A DNA stretch of 64,000 bases from positions 1-64,000 of the IMG/VR virus record IMGVR_UViG_641201006_000001; one strand, written 5' to 3'. Source of the stretch: a virus. Its lineage: Duplodnaviria > Caudoviricetes. Numbering within the stretch: position 1 is the stretch's first letter; each line of letters begins with the position of its first letter. Made by a program: the position numbers and the translations under genes. This document shows positions 8,238 through 16,792 of this stretch, piece by piece. The notes below the pieces were generated by a model. That model was not told where the DNA came from. It did no database searches and was given only the letters and a program-made list of their open reading frames with translations.

Positions 8238-8966
8238 ATGGAAATCGAGAAAGAAGAAATCATTGACGACGAAGAAGTATGGGATGATGAAGAAGAACAG
8301 AATGTTCCTGTCCTCGTCACAAAGGTAGACGGTGTTCAGCTCCCTATGGGCTGGGGTCAATCCGCAACGAATATGGACGAAGTACGCAAGCATAGACAGT
8401 CGTTTAACTTGAAGCATGGTATGTTTGCAAACGTACCGATGGTGTGTAAAGGTGCAGACTGTCCGATGCACGCTATGTGTACTGTCCCTCTAAACAATCG
8501 TCCTGTCGGTGGTCGTTGTCCGATTGAGATAGCGGCGATCATTGATAGATACGATAAGTATTATGAGGAACTTGGACTTGGCCCCGAAGATTACTTTGAC
8601 CAATCACAGGTAAAAGACCTTGTAGATGTCGAAGTAAAACTCCTACGTGCAAACGGTCATCTCGCAACGAGTGCTAGTTTCATAGAACAAGTTGTCACTG
8701 CTGTTGACGAGAACGGTAATGCTCACTACCGTCCGGAACTAAACAAAGCAACAGAGTACGAAGAGAAACTGTTATCACGTAAGAGTAAGATACTATCTGA
8801 CCTAAACGCTACACGTAAAGCGAACAAGTCAGATACTAGCGTCAATGACCCATCATCATTCGCAGCGGACTTAATGCGTCGTGCGCAGAAAGCTCGACAA
8901 GCTACAGTTATTGATGTCGATGATGAGAATGTCGATGACGACTCACAATATGGTGGTGAAGAATAA
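8238..8966 (+). CDS. Cys-motif helical protein; candidate terminase small subunit
   Basis: CKGADCPMHAMC..RCPIE then helical segments, upstream of terL. The function is positional inference only. Confidence 0.6.
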   Translation: MEIEKEEIIDDEEVWDDEEEQNVPVLVTKVDGVQLPMGWGQSATNMDEVRKHRQSFNLKHGMFANVPMVCKGADCPMHAMCTVPLNNRPVGGRCPIEIAAIIDRYDKYYEELGLGPEDYFDQSQVKDLVDVEVKLLRANGHLATSASFIEQVVTAVDENGNAHYRPELNKATEYEEKLLSRKSKILSDLNATRKANKSDTSVNDPSSFAADLMRRAQKARQATVIDVDDENVDDDSQYGGEE

Positions 8967-9550
8967 TGGGAGCAAAAACAGGTTTCTTAAAAGGGTTAGT
9001 TAGTAACCAAGCAATCGAGAATGTACCAGTATTCAATAAGTTACTTCCGCAAGGGAACTTAGGTATTCGAGATGGTGGCGCTCAAATCAAAGGCGCATAC
9101 GCTGGCGCTCGCGCCGACAAAGCTCGTATCAAAGGATATAAGCAACGTGCTGCGGAACAAGACAAGAACTTAGCAGAAGCAGTTGCACTCAATGAAAAAG
9201 GTGTAACGAGTGACGACATGTTAGCGATGCAACGAACTGCTTTCGATGCGAAGAAAGAACGTTACTTACAACGTGTAAAAGATAACGAAAATCGTTTAAC
9301 AAACCTAGCAGAAGACCGTGGCGGTATGGTATCTAGTGGTATCGCTGGTATGGCAAAAGGTGTCGGCGGTTACTTCGCTGCTTCTGATATGCGTGGTATG
9401 AGTGGTCGTGCGATGACGGCGGCAGTTCGTACAGGTACAGCCGGTGCTGCTTATATGGGAGCAAATGCAGGATTACGTTACTTGTCCGGCGGAGGCTTAA
9501 CATACAACAATCAGGGAGAGCGTGACATCGCAGGTATCCCATTCATTTAA
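8966..9550 (+). CDS. Gly/Ala-rich putative membrane-active virion protein
   Basis: 194 aa with a Gly/Ala-rich hydrophobic C-terminus. Confidence 0.75.
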   Translation: MGAKTGFLKGLVSNQAIENVPVFNKLLPQGNLGIRDGGAQIKGAYAGARADKARIKGYKQRAAEQDKNLAEAVALNEKGVTSDDMLAMQRTAFDAKKERYLQRVKDNENRLTNLAEDRGGMVSSGIAGMAKGVGGYFAASDMRGMSGRAMTAAVRTGTAGAAYMGANAGLRYLSGGGLTYNNQGERDIAGIPFI

Positions 9551-9563
9551 GAGGTGATTCCAT

Positions 9564-10310
9564 ATGATAATGTGGGCAATAAACAAAACTATGGAAGCCG
9601 CTATGAAGACCGCTTGGAAACCAGTACGTAGTTTCTACGATGGTGCAAGTGGAACGAAGAAGTTTTTGAACGAAGCAGGGGAACAGGTAAAACTGAACCC
9701 TGCTCAAAAACTTGCACAGCGGTTGAAGAATGATGTAAAACAAATCGGGTCAGGGAAACGTCGTGACCTAAAAGGGAATATCATTGAGGAAGACTTAAAT
9801 GCATTCGACAGACATGTAACCAACCGCATTGGCGGAGCATTACACTTAGTCGGTGATGCTACGGTAGGTACACTAGCTACTGGTCTAGGCTGGGGCGCTC
9901 GTACAATTGGAGGCGGAGCTTTAGCGATGGGAGCAATGGCATTTAGACCTACGATGAAAGGTGTCGGTCATGTAACCAAACAGTCGATTGATTTAGTTGG
10001 TGATACAGCGTTAGGTGCTGCTGATCTTGTTCATCAAATGAATAAGTCTACGACAGGACGTAACTTACTATTCGGCGCAGGGTTTGCTGGTGTCGCAGGA
10101 ACAAGTGCATTCAATTCGAATATGCTCGCTCCTGAGAACTATCGTGGAGGAGAAAGTGCAATCAAACTCGCAATGAAGAACATGTACGACGGAGAGAAGT
10201 TAGATGCCCTTCCGGGTACGATAGGGGATACGCAAGTCGTACAACGTAATCCACTAGACAATATGGGTGCAGATGGAGACTTAGTGTTTGCTATGCACAA
10301 TATGAGGTGA
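9564..10310 (+). CDS. Gly/Ala-rich putative membrane-active virion protein
   Basis: 248 aa, GAGGTGA SD, Gly-rich hydrophobic helices. Confidence 0.75.
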   Translation: MIMWAINKTMEAAMKTAWKPVRSFYDGASGTKKFLNEAGEQVKLNPAQKLAQRLKNDVKQIGSGKRRDLKGNIIEEDLNAFDRHVTNRIGGALHLVGDATVGTLATGLGWGARTIGGGALAMGAMAFRPTMKGVGHVTKQSIDLVGDTALGAADLVHQMNKSTTGRNLLFGAGFAGVAGTSAFNSNMLAPENYRGGESAIKLAMKNMYDGEKLDALPGTIGDTQVVQRNPLDNMGADGDLVFAMHNMR

Positions 10311-10315
10311 TGTAA

Positions 10316-10795
10316 GTGGGAGCAATTAAAAGTTTCGTATCAGGTATGAGAGGTGCGGGAAAAGGTAGAGGAGCTTCTAACATCGGTGTTATGGCAATCG
10401 GAGGAGCCGGTCTTGATGGTGTAACCACATACGCAATGGAACGTGCAGAGAATCCTGACGAATCCAAACTATGGGCTGGAACAAAAGCAGTCGGTACGGC
10501 GGCGGCATGGTTATTCGCTGAACCGTTAATGTGGGGTATTACACTTGGAGAAGGTGCGGCCGCTCTTGGAGGCATGGCACTTGATGAAGCAGAACGAAAT
10601 CGTAAACAACGTAACGAAATTAATATGCACGTACGAGAAGGACGAAGTGGTGAAATGGGAGGAACACTCGGTGGGAACTTCCAAGATTCACAACAAGCGG
10701 CGACGATGCGTCAGAGACAGATGGATTTATTACGTCAGCATCGTATGTCTACCGAAGCTGTACTCGGTAGCGAGGCACGACAACTACATAGGTAG
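10316..10795 (+). CDS. Gly/Ala-rich putative membrane-active virion protein
   Basis: 159 aa, GTG start after GAGGTGA, hydrophobic segments. Confidence 0.75.
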   Translation: MGAIKSFVSGMRGAGKGRGASNIGVMAIGGAGLDGVTTYAMERAENPDESKLWAGTKAVGTAAAWLFAEPLMWGITLGEGAAALGGMALDEAERNRKQRNEINMHVREGRSGEMGGTLGGNFQDSQQAATMRQRQMDLLRQHRMSTEAVLGSEARQLHR

Positions 10796-10805
10796 GTGAG
10801 GAGTA

Positions 10806-11351
10806 ATGTGGGGGCCAACAGCAGTTGAACTAGGAGAAAAAGAGTACAATAGTTTCAGCATGAGTTCTATCACATCCAATGATACTGTACAGAATTTAGG
10901 TATTTATGCAGGTCTTATGGCGGGTGCAGGTGCAGTCGGATTAGCATACGGCGTTGAAGCGTCGAGTCCTGTGTATGCAGAACAACGACGACAAAATCAA
11001 CAAAGAATGTTAGAAGCACGAAATACGGCGGCACTTCCTGCGCCTGTAGCCGAAGAACCAAAAGATAGTTTAATAGCAAAGGCAGTAGCGTGGAATGACA
11101 ATCGTAGGGAGCAACGTGAAATTAACCAAGCAAAGAAACGTATGGAGAAAAACATGAGTGGTATTAACACGGATGCGCTCCTTAACGTAGATGAGTCAAG
11201 ATACGCTGATGACCTAGCTAGATTAAATCAACAGGCAGATGAGGCATTAAGACAAGAAAAACACTACTACTCTAAAAAGTCTGTTCAACAACTACAAGCG
11301 AAGAATCGTAATGCACTCAAGAATCTAAGAGCGATTACGAGAGCTTTATGA
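10806..11351 (+). CDS. Hypothetical protein with N-terminal TM helix and coiled coil
   Basis: LGIYAGLMAGAGAVGLAYGV then Q/R/K-rich helix. Confidence 0.75.
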   Translation: MWGPTAVELGEKEYNSFSMSSITSNDTVQNLGIYAGLMAGAGAVGLAYGVEASSPVYAEQRRQNQQRMLEARNTAALPAPVAEEPKDSLIAKAVAWNDNRREQREINQAKKRMEKNMSGINTDALLNVDESRYADDLARLNQQADEALRQEKHYYSKKSVQQLQAKNRNALKNLRAITRAL

Positions 11352-11356
11352 AATAG

Positions 11357-13273
11357 GTGTCGGCTATGAAAATACTACAAAACGTTTCAGATGAAGTATT
11401 ATCACCTTCCGAGCGTCAGCTATGGGAGACAGAGTATGATGATCTAATTGTACGAACGAAGAAGTGGGCGAGAAGTACAGGTGAGAAATTCACCGAAGAA
11501 GAACTTCACTATTTAGCGATTCTAGATAAACCGAAGTTTTGGGCTGCCGAAACATTGAAATGGTTCTGTCGTGACTATCAAGAACCAATGCTACAAGAGA
11601 TGGCAGACAGTAAACGTACGGTACTACGTCTTGGTCGTCGTCTTGGTAAAACCGAGACGATGTGTATCATGATTCTATGGCACGCCTTTACGCAACCGAA
11701 TAAAGGGCCGAATAACCAGTACGATATTCTTATCATTGCGCCGTATGAGGAACAGGTCGATCTGATATTTAAACGTCTGTCCCAGCTTATTGATATGTCG
11801 GGCGACGTGAATCCTTCTCGTGACATTGATAAACATATCGAACTTCCAAACGGAACTGTTATTCATGGTATCACTGCCGGTTCTAAATCAGGTAGTGGTG
11901 CGGCGAATACCCGTGGACAACGTGCCGACTTAATCGTACTCGATGAGATGGACTACATGGGTGAGTCTGAGATTACCAACATCATGAACATTCGTAACGA
12001 AGCGCCGGAGCGTATCAAGATGATTGTTGCTTCTACGCCATCCGGTCGTCGTGATTCTTATTACAAATGGTGTGTTGGTGCGACAAAGACATATGCACAA
12101 GATGATGAACTAACAAGACAAAACGGTGGTCGTGTTACATACAATGTGAAGATGAAGCCGTGGAAGACACTTGCTGATGGTTCATACGAGTTAAACCAAC
12201 TTGGTGACAAGATGCGTGAAGGTAACGGTTGGACGACGATACATGCACCATCTACCGTTAACCCTGAGTTACTGAAAGTCAACCCGGATACAGGTTTAAC
12301 ATACATCGAAGAGTTACGTCTAGACTTAACAGAGATGCGTTTCATCCAAGAGGTTATGGCGGAGTTTGGCGAAAGTATCTCCGGTGTATTCTTGAAGAAA
12401 CATATCGACATTGCCATCTCTCATGGTGAACGATTAAAGCTAGACTATGCGAAGAAGAAAACTGACCGTGTGAAGAAAGGCCCTCGTATTCTCGGCGTGG
12501 ACTGGGATAAACGTAAAGCCGATACAAACATGGTCGGCGTAGAGTGGGATCCACAAGAACAGTTATTTATTCCGTTCTTCCGTAAAGCAATACCTCGTGG
12601 AGAATTTACATACTCCAATGCGGTAGATGCCATCAAGGAAGCACACTACGACTTTGATTTTGACTACATGATGATTGACGCTGGTCACGGTGAATATCAG
12701 ATTGAACAATTACACATATGGGCTGACAAGTATCAGAAAGGTTTAGCGAAGCGAATCATTCGTCTGAACTTATCTGAGAAAGTAAAAGTAATGGATCCTA
12801 TCACGAAGAAGATGGAGAGCAATCATATTAAGCCATTCATGGTCAATAATGCCGTTCTCATGTTTGAGAGGGAGATGGTTGCACTTGCTCCGAAGGATAG
12901 AGATACCATTGTACAATTTGAATCATATGAGGTAAAATCATGGGGTAGCGATGGACGACCTACGTATACAGATGAGAACGAGCATATTTTAGACTGTATC
13001 GTTTTCGCTTTGTATGGATTTACAAAGTATTATGATGATATACTAAAGGTAACGAAATCGGCAGCAGTTCGAACAATTAACCAACCGCTTGACCGTATGA
13101 GAAGTGACATCAAAGATAGGGACATACAGAAAGAAACAAAGGATGAGAAACAGACACGACGTGTAGCCGCAGCATTAGGTATTAAGCCGAATCGACAACG
13201 CAGTACAGAGAGTAGAAGAGGATATACATCTGTACGTCGGTCTATGGGAATGCCAGCACGGAAGTCCTTCTAA
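11357..13273 (+). CDS. terL: Terminase large subunit
   Basis: Q motif RDYQ, Walker A LGRRLGKT, Walker B LIVLDE, motif C ASTP, RNase H-like nuclease GVDW...MIDAG...HILD. Probable start ATG 11366. Confidence 0.95.
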   Translation: MSAMKILQNVSDEVLSPSERQLWETEYDDLIVRTKKWARSTGEKFTEEELHYLAILDKPKFWAAETLKWFCRDYQEPMLQEMADSKRTVLRLGRRLGKTETMCIMILWHAFTQPNKGPNNQYDILIIAPYEEQVDLIFKRLSQLIDMSGDVNPSRDIDKHIELPNGTVIHGITAGSKSGSGAANTRGQRADLIVLDEMDYMGESEITNIMNIRNEAPERIKMIVASTPSGRRDSYYKWCVGATKTYAQDDELTRQNGGRVTYNVKMKPWKTLADGSYELNQLGDKMREGNGWTTIHAPSTVNPELLKVNPDTGLTYIEELRLDLTEMRFIQEVMAEFGESISGVFLKKHIDIAISHGERLKLDYAKKKTDRVKKGPRILGVDWDKRKADTNMVGVEWDPQEQLFIPFFRKAIPRGEFTYSNAVDAIKEAHYDFDFDYMMIDAGHGEYQIEQLHIWADKYQKGLAKRIIRLNLSEKVKVMDPITKKMESNHIKPFMVNNAVLMFEREMVALAPKDRDTIVQFESYEVKSWGSDGRPTYTDENEHILDCIVFALYGFTKYYDDILKVTKSAAVRTINQPLDRMRSDIKDRDIQKETKDEKQTRRVAAALGIKPNRQRSTESRRGYTSVRRSMGMPARKSF

Positions 13274-13363
13274 GGGCTTCCTATTTACGGGGAAGAAAAC
13301 TTCCCCATCTAATGGCTAACATGGTGGCTGTCCTCCACCATGATTGACTGCTTTTCTCTGATA

Positions 13364-13401
13364 GGCTAGGTGGACACCTCCTCGATCCATCTAGCCCTTT
13401 T
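13364..13401 (+). terminator. Hairpin with T tail after terL (last of four hairpins in 13260-13401)
   Basis: GGCTAGGTGGA-loop-TCCATCTAGCC-CTTTT. Confidence 0.55.
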
Positions 13402-13420
13402 CTATTTAGGAGGGTGAATT

Positions 13421-14716
13421 ATGTCAGGAATGAAACAATGGGAACGGGAGATAATTGAATACCGTCCGTATCTCGGACTTCATCGTGATATATTAAGCTC
13501 GGTTATGAGTAGGAAAGATGAAGACGGACGTATCCCGCCTCCCACACAAGTTGTAAAGAAGGCAGCCTCGCTTCTTGGAATTGATGTAATTGAAAACATT
13601 ATTGCATCACTCAATCGTATCACTCGTTTACTAGAACAACTGGAAACAGCACTAGCCAATGACGAAACATTCTTGGCGTACAAGCAAGCATTAGCAGAGA
13701 AGGACATTGTGAAGGCACGAGAGATTTATACAGACCATCTGTCTAATCTTCACGGGAATCCCGACTTCGATGCGTATCCGATTCTATTAGATGCGGCAAC
13801 AGAGATTGAGAATTATCTCACCTTCTTAAACGGAGAACTGTACGGTGGTAAAGCCGACTTCGGCAACATATCAAGTGTACGCTCACAAGAAGAAGATGAG
13901 GTACTAACGCTGGTGCAGTTTGAATCCGAAGACTTGCAACCGATATTGCTTGAGAATCTAACAGACGATCAACGACAGTTAATCGAGAAGATTATATGGC
14001 AGAACAACGGCGGTGCGCAGACAGTTGAAGAGTATATCGAGATGCTGACGAAAGAGAAGTATGAAAGCGGAAGTCCTCGCATTAACTACAACGAAGTGGC
14101 GATCCGTACGCAAATCATTGCAACAGCAAATGAGAAGTCAGAGTTCTTCAAGAAGATTGCGGACAATACAGATGCGTATGTAGGAAAACGAATGGAAGAA
14201 CATCTCGGCGGTGATATGAAAGGTTCTCTATCGTACCTCGTGAACATAGAAACATCTCTAGAGGATATTAAAGGTTCACTGGCGATTGGATTCAATCATA
14301 GTGCCGACAAGTCAAAAGAAGCATACGTCAATCAGGTTCGTTTAACGAATCAATCGGTGCGTGAGTTCTTAGACATGAAGATGAGTCAGACTCGTAAGAG
14401 GAAGCAGGACTTATCCAATAAGGTTAAGACATTCTATAAGCCGGATGATTATCCTGATAAGGGTGCGCAGTATTTAATGAGTGCCATTGCTGACGGCGTA
14501 GAATCCGTTAACGGTGCATGGACGATGATACTCACTGAGAATATCGGTGCAACGCATATGGCGGCTGACCAAAACGATGTCATATTTGACAACCTACATA
14601 AGAAGCGTCGTAATCAAGAACTCTATAGATACGTCGATGTCGTAGATAAAGAGTTTGATTACGAGAACAAAGAGAAAGAGATGCAGAACTTCTTGAACTC
14701 TCGTAACTTACAATAG
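13421..14716 (+). CDS. Hypothetical helical protein in head module
   Basis: 431-aa ORF, AGGAGGGTG SD. Confidence 0.85.
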   Translation: MSGMKQWEREIIEYRPYLGLHRDILSSVMSRKDEDGRIPPPTQVVKKAASLLGIDVIENIIASLNRITRLLEQLETALANDETFLAYKQALAEKDIVKAREIYTDHLSNLHGNPDFDAYPILLDAATEIENYLTFLNGELYGGKADFGNISSVRSQEEDEVLTLVQFESEDLQPILLENLTDDQRQLIEKIIWQNNGGAQTVEEYIEMLTKEKYESGSPRINYNEVAIRTQIIATANEKSEFFKKIADNTDAYVGKRMEEHLGGDMKGSLSYLVNIETSLEDIKGSLAIGFNHSADKSKEAYVNQVRLTNQSVREFLDMKMSQTRKRKQDLSNKVKTFYKPDDYPDKGAQYLMSAIADGVESVNGAWTMILTENIGATHMAADQNDVIFDNLHKKRRNQELYRYVDVVDKEFDYENKEKEMQNFLNSRNLQ

Positions 14717-14786
14717 ACCCACACAATATGTGTGTTTCTATATAGGGGCTAACCCGCTCCATGTTTTACTCGAAGGAGTGTTGTAT

Positions 14787-15992
14787 ATGTCTTACAACAA
14801 ACTTAGCGGCAAACAAATTAAACCGGGCGCACTTGACCAAACGCATTTATCTCCATCTACGAAAATCTCTGAGTCTATGTTAAACGTAGACTGGGCGGCG
14901 AAGGCAAATGAAGCATTAGCATCTAAGCTTATCATTGACTTCGTACAAGTAGCTGGCGTAAAAGCAAACGGAAAGAGTGTCGATGTCACAGCATCTATCT
15001 CTGCTCCGGCTGCTGATGCAGATAACAAAAAAGGTGCAGTTGTTCAAGCCGGTAAAAACAAAGTTATCCTTCGTGATAGCGTAACAGGTGACCCTGTTAT
15101 CTCTGCTGACCATACAGAGGTATACGGTAAACTTGGTTACAGTGGCTCTGTATTCACGGTAGCATTCTTCTACAAAGATGCATCCAAAGCAGAGAAAGAG
15201 TACACATTCGCTTCTGAGAAAACAATCGACTTCCAGTTCCCACAGCGATTCGACTTAGCGACGATTGTAGAAACATTCGCTTCTAACGAGAAGTTCGTTG
15301 ATGGTGCATCTGATGTATCAGCTCGCCTTGATCTTGAGCAAATCGCAAAAGATGCTTTCGGCACAAGCTATACATTAGACCACGACGGAACAGCAAACCG
15401 TGGAAAGTCTCTTGTAGAATCTCTTACAGAAAAGACACAAGGTACATTAAACACGCAGGTAACTGCATCTGATTTAATTGACGAAGTTGTCACTGCAAGA
15501 GGCGGAGAAGATACGCTTGAAGACAGATTGGTGAAACTGGCTGGTAGCAATCAAGAAGTCATTGATGCTCGTAAGTCTACGACATTAGGAGACAAGGCGA
15601 CACTTGATGAGCGACTAGAAGCAGGAGAGCTGATTGTTGATACTATCAAGAAGGACATTACGGCGGCAGTTGGTAATAGTACATTAGCAGCAGTCATCAG
15701 TGACCTTCAAGGTGCAATGGAACAAGCAGGACATTCTCACTTCGCAGAAGATAAGCAAGTATTAGCGGGCGACCCATTGATCGACACAAAACAATATATT
15801 TTACCTGAGGGACGTTTCTACGCTCCGGGTAATAAATCATTGTCTGTTTACATCAACGGTCAGTTGCAAATGGAAGGTGTACATTACACTGAGGTGAAGG
15901 ACTCACAAGACCCTACGAAGGGGATTGGTGTCGATTTCACGCCGGAAGTAATCGTGCAAGATATGGTCATCCAGTTACGCTGGTATAGATAA
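14787..15992 (+). CDS. Virion fibre-like structural protein
   Basis: AAGGAG SD before ATG 14787. Two EV..AR...TL..RL coiled-coil fibre motifs; C-terminal VYINGQLQ..G.HY.E beta module. Confidence 0.8.
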   Translation: MSYNKLSGKQIKPGALDQTHLSPSTKISESMLNVDWAAKANEALASKLIIDFVQVAGVKANGKSVDVTASISAPAADADNKKGAVVQAGKNKVILRDSVTGDPVISADHTEVYGKLGYSGSVFTVAFFYKDASKAEKEYTFASEKTIDFQFPQRFDLATIVETFASNEKFVDGASDVSARLDLEQIAKDAFGTSYTLDHDGTANRGKSLVESLTEKTQGTLNTQVTASDLIDEVVTARGGEDTLEDRLVKLAGSNQEVIDARKSTTLGDKATLDERLEAGELIVDTIKKDITAAVGNSTLAAVISDLQGAMEQAGHSHFAEDKQVLAGDPLIDTKQYILPEGRFYAPGNKSLSVYINGQLQMEGVHYTEVKDSQDPTKGIGVDFTPEVIVQDMVIQLRWYR

Positions 15993-15999
15993 AATGATT

Positions 16000-16027
16000 G
16001 CTCCGCTAGGATTCTAGCGGGGTTTTT
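16000..16027 (+). terminator. Rho-independent terminator
   Basis: CCGCTAG-GATT-CTAGCGG then GGTTTTT. Confidence 0.8.
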
Positions 16028-16040
16028 CATGTTTTCCTCC

Positions 16041-16070
16041 TTGTTTTCTATCGTAAAGTCACGGTATAGT
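16041..16070 (+). promoter_or_regulatory. Putative sigma-A-type promoter
   Basis: TTGTTT-18 nt-TATAGT right after a terminator. Confidence 0.45.
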
Positions 16071-16128
16071 GGAATCAGAGCTATGTCAATTCTGACAGTG
16101 TATGCTGTCGAAAGGAGGAGAGAGAAGG

Positions 16129-16326
16129 ATGGAACCTACATTAACAAGTGAAAAAGCTGTTAAGATTAAGTGTTGTTTCTGCGAACTAAAAGATACTTGT
16201 ATCCGCCGTGCGCAGAAGGAGAAGTACGAAGAATCCGGCTGGACGACTCGCTGTACTGTTACACCAAACCGTCCGGGAGCAAAGCGTAAGAGCCGTAAAA
16301 AGCGAAAGAAAGCCTTAAAATCGTAA
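16129..16326 (+). CDS. Small Cys-rich, very basic protein (possible Zn-binding nucleic-acid binder)
   Basis: AGGAGG SD; KCCFCELKDTC...RC and tail KRKSRKKRKK. Confidence 0.7.
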   Translation: MEPTLTSEKAVKIKCCFCELKDTCIRRAQKEKYEESGWTTRCTVTPNRPGAKRKSRKKRKKALKS

Positions 16327-16430
16327 TGTCATTATTGTTATTCATAGTTACATAGGATAAGATAACAATAGAGGAATGATTGTCGAACCATATACATAGC
16401 TCCATCACTACGTAAGAGGGAGGTGGGAAT

Positions 16431-16733
16431 ATGAACTTTATGGCTGACATGAGTAATCTTGTCGTGATGTTACTTCTTGTGGCATTTCTGACAGAGACAT
16501 TTGTGGAGTGCATTAAGAACTTCGTGATTCAATCGAAGATGAGCGCAAACGTTACTAACGGTGTTGCTGCAATCTTTGGTGTCATGATGTCATTTGTACT
16601 CAAGGTGAGTCTATTCACAGATGAGAATACTGCTGCTTATTACATTGGTATCGTCATCTGCGGATTGGTAGCATCTCGTGGTGCGAACTACGTACATAAC
16701 TTTGTAGGTAACTTACCGAAGAAAGACAAATAG
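16431..16733 (+). CDS. Holin-like membrane protein
   Basis: 100 aa, three hydrophobic helices, basic C-terminus, G...SRGANYVHN ending typical of Firmicute phage holins. Confidence 0.7.
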   Translation: MNFMADMSNLVVMLLLVAFLTETFVECIKNFVIQSKMSANVTNGVAAIFGVMMSFVLKVSLFTDENTAAYYIGIVICGLVASRGANYVHNFVGNLPKKDK

Positions 16734-16738
16734 TTTAT

Positions 16739-16768
16739 AGCCTCCGGCTCCTCGGCCGGGGTTATATT
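16739..16768 (+). terminator. Hairpin / weak terminator
   Basis: CCGGC-TCCTCG-GCCGG then GGTTATATT. Confidence 0.5.
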
Positions 16769-16792
16769 CATTGATTCATAGGAGGTTATCAA

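Noticed and set aside
8034-8471. Minus-strand 145-aa ORF
   Set aside because: Antisense to two SD-supported plus-strand genes (8056 and 8238).
12070-12230. Insertion in terL after the STP motif, considered as an intein or intron
   Set aside because: Only ~50 aa, frame intact, no intein C1/HN splice motifs; more likely a loop insertion.
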